A stretch of DNA of 60,448 nt, counting the filler, from Dimargaris cristalligena (Eukaryota): the NCBI GenBank assembly GCA_003614675.1. It is 5 parts of 5 records of this genome, joined end to end, with 100 filler letters (N's around TTAATTAATTAA, not from the genome) between each part and the next. Parts side by side here need not be neighbours in the genome. Positions count along the whole stretch, not along the records: positions 48,463 to 60,448 come from ML003066.1; 4 more parts are not named here. One strand, 5' to 3'. Positions 51,295 through 60,448 of the stretch are shown here, piece after piece. The notes beneath the pieces were generated by a model. It saw only the letters and a program-made list of their open reading frames with translations. It was not told where the DNA came from and made no database searches. Both the position numbers and the translations under genes were made by a program. Positions within the stretch are counted from its first letter, which is position 1; every line of letters begins with the position of its first letter.

Positions 51295-52584
51295 GGGTGT
51301 GGATGGAGTGTAGTTTAGCCTTAGGAAATAAGAGATATAGTAAAAAAATCAAATTCATTTCTCTAAGCAGGAAATGCCTTGCTACACAACTGGGCCGGAT
51401 GGCAATCGGCTGTATTTAAACTAGTCGCTGGGAGTAGATGAACAAAGTGGGGTTGGGTATGTGGTTCAATCTTTCACCGAAATTTAACCACAGACCGACT
51501 AGGAATATACAAGGGAGGAAATGCGACGCAGCCCGATTTACCACTACTACCGTGATTATGGTAACTGTGAAATATGGCCATTCAGCGATAGACCCAGCGA
51601 AACCAAGGTTAAGCTTAATGTGGTATCTATAGTGGGAGAATAGGGGCGAGACGGGATGAAGGTACCGATATAGCTCCCCTCGCCAAACAAGGCTACTAGA
51701 GCCCAATACAGCGTAGGTATTGCTCCAGTTTCAACACTCTAGAGTCCCAAGGCTCCGGATACTATAATATTTTGTGGATTTATTCCTTCTTGGCATTCAT
51801 GGTATTTGAACCACCCCTTCCATACTAATAACAATTTTTCTAGGTATAATAACTATATGACTTTCTGCAATAGCGACTAGCGGGCTAGTCTAACACAGCA
51901 TTATAGTACAAGGCTCAGACTGCATCACGCATCAGTCATCAAATATGTGCCCGTGCCCTGTTGGTTGTATACACCCTTTAGTTTAGGACAGGGAGGTACG
52001 AGTAGGGCAAATAATTGTCGTTTCAATGTAACCTGTAGCTGTTGGAGTCGGTTTCCTAGTCGCAGAAGTCGCTGTGTCCGCCAAGTTAAAAGGGCCAGTT
52101 CTGAGAGTGAGGTTATTTGTCAGTTTGCGTCGGTGGATATGCGTTAGCGGCTGTTAGAAGATGTGAAAATTATTCTAAGGATGCTCGGTTTCCTGTAGTT
52201 AGTAATAAACCTTGGTGATGGCTGCCGAATATATACCGGATGGAAAGTACACGGAAAGGCTTAAGACTATCCCAAAGAATATTTTTGGACACTGTCATTT
52301 TGGAGGATATATATGTTCATTTACGTACGACAGATCTAATAAGTACTTGGCGTGTTACCTTCAGCATAATGTAAGGTAATGAAAAAGCAGCGGCTGGTTA
52401 TTATTTATGCCGAGTTGGAAATACAAGTGTATTTATGGCGTATTTATCCTTAGGAATAGATTGTTAAAATAGAAGCTTCTACTCTACTCTTAAACATACC
52501 GACACGTATAATGTGTGTCTACCTGTGGTTTTGGATCACATTGAAAGCAACTTCACCTGCCAATACTTGGGAGTAGTTATCATC

Positions 52585-52806
52585 TGTTGGAATACTAAGG
52601 ACGTAAAGAAAATAAAACTGGAAGCAAGGGAAGAAAGTGGCTAGAGGATAGTAGACACCTCTAGGTGGTTAGTTTTATTGAACTGTAATTTCAATGGGGT
52701 GAAATATATGTGGCTAACATAAATGATCTTATGATAGCAGAATAAACTAATGTAATTAGATAAAATAGGATAGGATAAAGAACACGTAGGAACATATTCT
52801 TCAATA
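52585..52806 (-). mobile_element. Solo-LTR-like repeat copy 2 (~222 bp)
   Basis: The minus strand runs TATTGAAGAATATG (TGTTG in copy 1) ... AATAAAAC ... TATTCCAACA, i.e. TGTTG...CAACA termini. No target-site duplication is visible. Confidence 0.6.
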
Positions 52807-53102
52807 TTTGTGAGACTTGCAGAAAGGAATTTTCGATCTCCAGTAATCTCAATATGCATAGACGAATACATACTGGAGAGAAGCCTCACACTTCCGGGGT
52901 TTGCAAAAAGGTATTTACATCGTCCAGTAATCTCAATGTGCCTGTGCGAACACACTCTGGAGAGGGGATTTATACTTGCGAGAATTGTGAGAAGATATTT
53001 TCAACGACCAACGTTCTCAAGAAGCATATGCGGACACACCGGGGAAAACCATATGCATGTAAGAGTTGTACCAGTTCATTCACATTATCCACCTTGTCGT
53101 AG
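52806..53102 (+). pseudogene. Degenerate Kruppel-type C2H2 zinc-finger array (4 fingers)
   Basis: ICETCRKEFSISSNLNMHRRIH-TGEKP-HTSGVCKKVFTSSSNLNVPVRTH-SGEG-IYTCENCEKIFSTTNVLKKHMRTH-RGKP-YACKSCTSSF...stop. Finger 2 has lost a Cys and a His, finger 4 is truncated, and the 5' end abuts the LTR-like repeat. Confidence 0.75.
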
Positions 53103-55016
53103 GCTAAATTCCACAATATGCTAAATGGCTACGCTTCGGACAAGTTTACAAGAGCTAACACACAGGCAGTTGATGCGAAGGGCGCTTTATAGATAAGAAT
53201 AAGGGAGATATCTAATAGATTGAGTTAACTATAAAAGGGGGTATAGAATAAATGGTAATTAACTGAAGAGTAACTATAGGAATTGGCTCGGCTTTATATA
53301 GCCGAGCAGACTAATGGTAAAGGCATCAAACCGGTATAGAAGATGCTGGAAAATGCTACTAGATAGTAATATAAATGATAACTAATAATAGACGGGTATA
53401 TAATGAAGGTGATATATAGAATATGTGAATCGAGTGGCGGGAATGGCTGAAGGATGCTGATCCTTCAACAAGGCCGAATTCCCGCGCCTCCTTGATGGAA
53501 CTAGGTGATGATGACACCTAGTCCTTCATAGTTAGTCGGCTTTAATCCTTTAGATTATTAAGCACGACACACCTATATCGGTAAAAATATAAAAATATGG
53601 CATTCAGAACCCACTCACCTGTGATCATTGTGTAGATATATTTTTAAACCTTGGTAGCCTGATCTACGAAACATTATCTACATTGGTAACTGTATAATTT
53701 TTTAGAGACTCGTCTCTGGTATAAATTGCCTAAATAAATAAATAAAAGGATATACCAGTTGTATGTGCATCTGCCCACGATGCAAGGCTGCTCCAAGGCA
53801 ACGCTACCAGCAAATAAATACATGCATTTCTGCAATTGTTCCTGCAAGCAGGGAATCCCTTGAAGATCAGGACTTGGATCACTGCAGGTGTGCATAAGGG
53901 GGATAGGGCGACATAAAATACTAGCGGCTTAAAGCAGGGAAATAGTTCATAAGCAATGTATCATTTTATCAAAACCAATTGGGTTACCAGTCTAGGAGAG
54001 GAACAAGTAATCCGTTTGTATATTTACTGATACGAAAAGACTCTCAAATATGTAGAATTGAGTGTCTAACCGAATCTAAATGTATGTCAGTGGGTTCACT
54101 GAACCATCAGTGACTTCAAAATTTGATAATTTGGAATAACATCTTGAAGAGTATATTTGGATTTAGAAATAATGCTTACAGAGCTGGAAGATGTCCAATG
54201 CCTAGTATTAATATTTGTGAAAGAGGCGGTTAAACTATATTCGTTTAGCGGCCACTGGTTACTGGATTTCTAAACTATCCCAGCTCTTGATTTAAATTGC
54301 CGACGTGACGCAGTTTATAGGCCTAAATAAAATCAGCGGCATTCGTTGTCTGGCATTATAATCAGCACCGCCATGACCAGGCCTCTTGATTTAGATGTTG
54401 CTTAAGCCAGGTGGCAATTTGTCAGCGAATACCACATCGCAACACCCAGTTCAAAGACTATCAGTTTAAACCTCCTCTGCTGACACACGAAGGCCATCCC
54501 TGGAATCCTCACTGTCGATCTGTTGATCTTTTGAATTCCTATAAAAAGCATTTAAATATCCGCAAATACTTTCTGGTACCGGCCTTATTCCTAGGATGCT
54601 TACTCCCGGTTATTAATATTGTATTAAGCATCTATGTAGTAATCCTCGTCTGCCATGCTCTCCCAGAAAATACTAATCAAGACAACTTCCGGTGCAGTAT
54701 TATTAAGAGGTCTACCATATGAATTGTAGTATGGTATTAGAATGGCTAACTACTATGACGTCAAGTAATTAAATATAAATCATGACCCAATATTTCTTGA
54801 AACTCCACCACCCCCCTTTTGTTTTGCCCAGGAAACTGCTTATACTAAATTTAATAAGAGGGGCAGACATATATATAACCATCTCCCGGTTCGGCCCAGA
54901 GTTAAACAAAGTTGACAGCATAGTATAGTGCTAGCCTATCGCGCGACAATAGGCAACTGGTGGTTGGAGTAGAAGACAAGTGGTTAAATGTAATGGTAGC
55001 AATAAGTGTGGTGAAA

Positions 55017-58000
55017 TTATATAAACTTATAATACTGGGAGAAGTCCAAGTGTAGAAGCAAGTCCAAATAAGGGTGGTAATCCACCGACTCACGCGGGCC
55101 ATTCTCGAGCAAATGGGGTGCATCCTGCAGACAGGTTCGGATAGATTCCGGCAAGAACGGCTCCATCTCCGGGCGCCGCAAAGCTGCATTGCCCAATTGC
55201 TGGTAGAAGGCCTGGAGCTCAATCCGAAATTCCTCATGGAGGCCTTCCGTTTGTTCAGTTCGGGCGGCGATCGAAGAGAGTGACGACCCAGGGCCGGGCC
55301 CGGGTAACTTGGGACTGATGATGGTGATCGTAGGCCCGGGACTCTCCAACTGAACAAGGTCTGCCTCCACTTGTTTGTGAAACCGAAGAATGACCTCGAA
55401 GATACTGGCCAAAATCTTCTGGAGCAATCGGGATGAACCACGCTGTAGGCTCATGTAGAGTAGTGTATCCCATACAGAGAGGTGGTAGTCGTGGAAATCA
55501 ATCAGGCTGGGACAGCCTGTCGCCGAAAAGTTCTTACTGTCCTGAGCAAGAGAGGTGGTCATCCAAATCTGTAAATGGTGACATATCTGTTGGAAGCGAA
55601 CCCAAGTGCGGCCATAAATCACATCCGCCACATACTGGTTAAGGGCCTTGAGGAACTGTTGAACTTCAAAGTGTAATCGAATCACAACGGCCGAGTAGCG
55701 AGCGAGTCCGGCGTCATGGCCATCCCGGTGCTTAAGTCGGTACTTCCGGAACAAGGGTGACATAAATAGGCGGCGGGAGATCTGGCCCACTGTATGGGTA
55801 ACCCAATTAAGCTGAAGGGTGAATTGGAATAGGCGGTTAGCCCGGTCTTGGATAGCTGTAGTAAGTACTACCGAGGTGTGCAGCGGCGCTCCGTAGCGGA
55901 ATGAGAGGAATTTGAAACAATGCGGGCTATAGGGGCTAAAATGGTCTTCATTGAAACGGGACCGCATCCGAATAGCCAGGAATTGGTCCAAAGTCCCTCG
56001 TTCCTCTGGGCCAACTGGGGCGGAGCCGGATGCTGCGGTGAGACTGGCCAGAGATGATTGTGGTGATAAGTCAGGTAGCGTCCGAAGCATGTCGTTCAGG
56101 GTGCGGTGTAGGTAGGTCATGTACTGGGTATGGAGCTTTTCTTGCGAAATTGGGGCGGCCAATAGAGACCCGATTCGCTTCGACTGATGGCCCCGGTCTG
56201 ACCGCATGGAGGCATTTAAATCCAAACCCGACTGGTCAGCCGTATTTCGGTACCGGGACTGGAAGGTATTCCGATGGCGTTTCTCCCGCATAAATGCCGG
56301 TAATTCCACAAAAAGAATACTCTCCATAGCAGATTTGGCCGAGCCCTCGCGTAAAAATACAAAGGTAGCTAGCCGATGCAGGTGGTCCAGTAGATGGGCC
56401 CGAGTTAGCAGAACATGAAGACCCAAATGGTGGATGAGTGCAATTTGACAATCGAGAACCGGTTGTAGGGCCCTGGTTAGAGTTACAGCTATCGGTTGAC
56501 CCGCCTCGGTCGATAATAAAGGTCCGGCAACCACTGAACGTAGCTCCCGGGCCACCCCCGGACCAGTATTGAGCCAGGTGGCTAGTCGACGAACCGGAAG
56601 GGGGCCAATTTGATTCGATTTGGGATCAATGGTTGGATTTGCCAAGGTCATGGGCGGTGGTGGCGATGGGTTATGGGATAGTGCTATTTGGTTGGTTGGC
56701 GTTGGCGGTGAGCAGAATGCTTTCGATATCCCCGTACCAGACAACATTCCAAGCGCAAGTGTTTGATTCAGCAGTAGAACCGATGGGTCCCGATAATCGC
56801 CCAGCCAGCGGAGTGTACGGCCCGCTTCCACAATACGACCGACAAGGCCGGGTGTCAGGAAGGCAGGTATGGGGTTGAACTGGACCATAAGGCATGGCTC
56901 GGCCAAAGACAGGGCCGGCTCGGACTGCCAGAATGGACTGGGTTCTTTTAAGTCCCCGTCGGCTGAAGCCGGGCGATAAATAAAGAAAAACTCACGAAAT
57001 GGGTCCGCCAAGCTAATTGGGGTATCCGTTAACTCATTTACTAGCCCAAGCCATTTTTCGAGCCAGTCGAGCATGGGGCGGGCGGTGTGTTCTAGAAGCA
57101 CCCCGAACAGAGCCGACAGCATGCTGTTTGAAGCCATCCCTATGCTCAGATCCACCAGTGTGTGATAGATGTAGTTCACCAGACTTGAGCCCCTGGGTAA
57201 GTAGAATCCATAACGTAGAAATTCCTCCGTCTGGGTACTGTCTAACTCACCGATCCGCCGCTCAGCATCCATCTGTAGATTCGGTTAAATTCCCGAATGT
57301 CAGTTGAGCATAAAAATGTAGTACATGTCGAAAGGTTTAGCGGATTTTAGACACTGGTGATACTCGAGTAGTTTGGGGAGCCCAAGGCACTGCGTGTCGG
57401 GAAAAATGGAATCTGGCATTTCAATGGGCTATCTTGGTGCCCTATTAACATTTTAATTAAGCTATAAAAAGACTGGCGGGGCTAACGAACATACTATACA
57501 TAATTCGGCTGACTTACACTGTAACAGAATGAAGCAATAAACTTGAGGACGTCGTGGGATTCGCGAAGCTGATGGTAGAGTGCCAAAAGGGTCAACTCGC
57601 CCCTTCGACGCAACTGGTCAAATTCCTGAGTGATGTACTTGTGTACAATCGACAGATACTCGGTCAGAGCGAATGCGAAAGCATCACCAGTTTTGCCCCA
57701 ATGGCTAATTAGGTTGAATTGTTTAGATGCATTATTATTACGGTTGGCAGAGTGAATATTCCAGGGGTGCAGGATATTAGGGTCAGCGGCCAATAATATG
57801 TAAGTTCTAGGGATTATAAGGTAGGGGGGATTTTCCAATTACCCTATTATTCCGATTTCTGGATCAATATACAATTATCTGAAACAGAACAGAATTGTAC
57901 ATAATAGGCATATCAGTGCATTGGACTGTGTTACGATGTAATTACCTTATATTCTCGCGGAGGGTGGAGGATACGCGGCGTAGTCGAACCACACAGGTGC

Positions 58001-59618
58001 CAAAATCAAGAAGCCGGTCGATGTAACTAGGAGTGCGTTTAGAATTTAGGAAGGCGGTTCGGGCATTCGTTAATTGATTGAATTGGCCAGAGCCCAAATG
58101 GGCCCCTGAGCCGATAAATATAGAAAAACAGGGGCAATAGCGACACGGTTATCCGCTCGGATTGCAGAGGGATCTAATAGACGAATATTATAAAATACTT
58201 ACATTATAAGCGATTTATGGCTATATTGCCGTAGGCGAACAAACCGTTTAGCCAGAGTAAATCGACTACCGGTAGAGTCAAAAGTGAAAGTGGACGATGG
58301 CACTCCATTCAGCATAAGATAGATATCCTGTGTAGGAACACGTCACCAGTCCATAAGAATTTAAAAATGTACAATCGGTTCGGTTAGATAATGAAGCCTG
58401 GACAACATTATTTTGCAGACCAGAGATACTAAATGGCGGGGTATGACTGCCTGGTAAAAACTTAGTTGTTCATCCAACTTACTCGTATTAATGAACTGTC
58501 GTCGAGTAGGGAGAGCTGAGTTGATCGCAATAGTAAAAATGTGCTATATCTATAGGATACACATCAAAATAGTCGATTCGATTTCAGGGATATTCGTCGA
58601 GATCATATACGATGCCATTAGTGTACGTTCTATATCAACTGAAATGGAAGAGAAATTGGGTTTGGTTATAATTACGTTGTTTATAATATCGCAAATAAAA
58701 GACCCGCTAGGAATCCGGGAATGGCTTACTTTTGATACACAGCGTTAAATTTATCGATGGTGCAGAGTTCCGAGAAAAACCGGGGAATACCAATGATCCC
58801 TTCGGTTCGGTATTTGGGGGATTCGGTATTTTCCCAGCAATAGAGCGGCTAACAAGTACCAAACAAATCCAGGGGGAGAAAAGGGTTAGATAACTCCGAT
58901 GAGATACTCTGGGACAAGAGCGTAGTGTATACGTACATAAAGGCATTTGTCACTCAGCACGACTTACGTTTACGGTGGGGGAAAGGTACTTCAGTTTATC
59001 CCAATGGGCCAGGGGAGGTGACAGAGAAGAGCTTGGAATCACAACTGGCCCTGGTAGCGGAGAGGGCTTCTGAGCCTGACCGGACGGTTGGTGGTGCGGT
59101 AGTGGTGAAGGGAATGTCCGGTTCGGAACAATTGTTTTTGGGATATCGGAGGATAGAGTAGGCAGACAGAGCCAGGGACCAAGGCCCTCGGGCATGCGAA
59201 GCCCCAGGGAGGGCCGTTCAAAGGATGAGGCGTCGTCGGTCGTAATAACCATGTTGACATGGGAAGCACTCGTCCAATAAAGGGGATCGGCAGGAACTGG
59301 ACCAACAGTAGTTTACAAGGAAAAGGCACAAGGGTCGGAAGGGAGCTGGGAATGTCGAGTAGACCCACGGGTGGCCGATTGCCCTGGGGAGTGCTGGACG
59401 ATAGCGAATATTATTAGAAAAGAACCGTGGCACACAAAGAATGTCAACATTGGCATTTTGGTAAACCTGGTGGAATGGACCCCTCGCTCATACCACTGAG
59501 CCTGACCATGCAGCAGCCTGGGATGGTTTTTCACGCTGAAGTCAACAATAGCAGCTCTTGGCCTTAAAACTGTCCTTGTCGAGTGCTCGTCAGATTCACA
59601 ATCTACTGGGGATAGCAT
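55017..59618 (-). CDS. Gamma-tubulin complex component (Spc97/Spc98 GRIP family), most like GCP6/Alp16. Supported exons: one ending at 58483, then 58327-58203, 58026-57946, 57704-57518, 57272-55017; 5' exons (58966-59618) uncertain
   Basis: GRIP1 start 'SLIR|DIYLMLNGVPSSTFTF', 'GKTGDAFAFALTEYL', 'LPRGSSLVNYIY', 'ARPMLDWLEKWLG...DPFREFF', 'IPAFL...IVEAGRTL'. GRIP2 'HLLDHLHRLATFVFLREG', 'LSFRY..P..VVLT....RANRLFQFTLQL'. C-terminal 'LDLLLHLDFSQYY'. Confidence 0.85.
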
Positions 59619-60200
59619 AAAAGTAGGACATATTTAAAGAATCTGTTATAATTGATTCTACCCCCCAATAAACGGGATAAAGATACTTATAAATAGTGCC
59701 AGAGCAAGGCCGCTGGTTTCACTAATTAGTTCACTGAGACTTCCAATACGGCGGAATAAGAGGGTCGTGGTTATTATTACAGCTGCACTGAATCGTTCGC
59801 CTCGTGTAAGAATATAAATTATAACTAGGCTCCCATTAGTCGCCAAGGAATGAGTAAGTATTTTTATTGGAATAATAGATGGGTCGATATGGTGATGTCT
59901 AATGGCCAGTGAGGGCTTCATCAATTGGCCTTGGCTATATAATGATAACAAAACCACCTTCCCCTTAAACATTTTTAACACAATCAGTTAGATTTTGAAG
60001 GGGTTGGTCACAAATGCCAGCAACTTCGATATGGGTATGCCAATAGTGCTATAGGCATCGGGCAGATTGCGCCAGGTTTGTCATTGTCAGACAACTCCAC
60101 ACCAATAATGGCACTTACATTAACTGCTATTTAGTCGCAATGTTTAACCAAATATCGATTTTCGGGATTAGTTCTAGTTTTTCACTGCACCGTGCCCTTT

Positions 60201-60448
60201 CAAACCAAGTCCCTCATTCACCTCCTAGCCAAACCCTATCATAAGTTGCAGGAAAACGCCCGACCTAATGTAGTCCAAACTCTACTGGACGCTGTCCTGC
60301 AGTGTCGACCTATGCCCCAGCTCTCCCCCCAGCTGGTTAAGTTCTTAGGCAAGCACTTCAATGCCTGGCACTCGGCCCTGCTTATCCTGGAGCGATCCAT
60401 TACGGAGATACCCCCGGAGAACCCCGAGGAGATGGAGGAGGATAAGGT
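60201..60448 (+). CDS. TRA1: Internal fragment of Tra1/TRRAP (PIKK-family SAGA/NuA4 subunit), running off the window end; 5' part not present upstream
   Basis: The frame from 60201 reads QTKSLIHLLAKPYHKLQENARPNVVQTLLDAVLQCRPMPQLSPQLVKFLGKHFNAWHSALLILE. This matches my recollection of the Tra1 segment 'LL.K.YH..Q...RPNV...LL......P.LPP.LVK+LGK.+NAW..A...LE' near the start of the FAT domain. Confidence 0.75.

Noticed and set aside
54087..54113. Overlapping short inverted repeats (TCAGTG-GGTT-CACTGA and GGTTCA-C-TGAACC)
   Set aside because: 6-bp stems are expected by chance in 60 kb, and there is no supporting context.

Overview
Eukaryotic, intron-rich fungal genomic DNA. The gene set (velvet-domain protein, ERG24, GCL modifier subunit, CstF-50) suggests an early-diverging, non-Dikarya fungus; this is an inference. 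The window is five contigs joined by artificial 100-nt N/TTAATTAATTAA linkers. Genes reconstructed by hand from splice signals: EAF1/VID21 (with a one-base frameshift in a C9 run), a secreted Kex2-type precursor, ERG24, a minimal stand-alone velvet-domain gene, CSTF1/CstF-50, tRNA-Asp(GTC), GCLM, IPK1, a GCP6-like gamma-tubulin complex subunit, and a TRA1 fragment that starts mid-protein. Accessory DNA includes a ~138-bp TA-flanked MITE family (7 copies), two solo-LTR-like copies (one abutting a decayed C2H2 zinc-finger array), CpG-poor decayed retroelement remnants and a ~12-kb gene-poor region. The most notable signals are very long AG-free zones with distant branch points in introns of several genes, the compact velvet gene with an in-frame TGA followed by a weakly velvet-like tail, the headless TRA1, and the MITE family.
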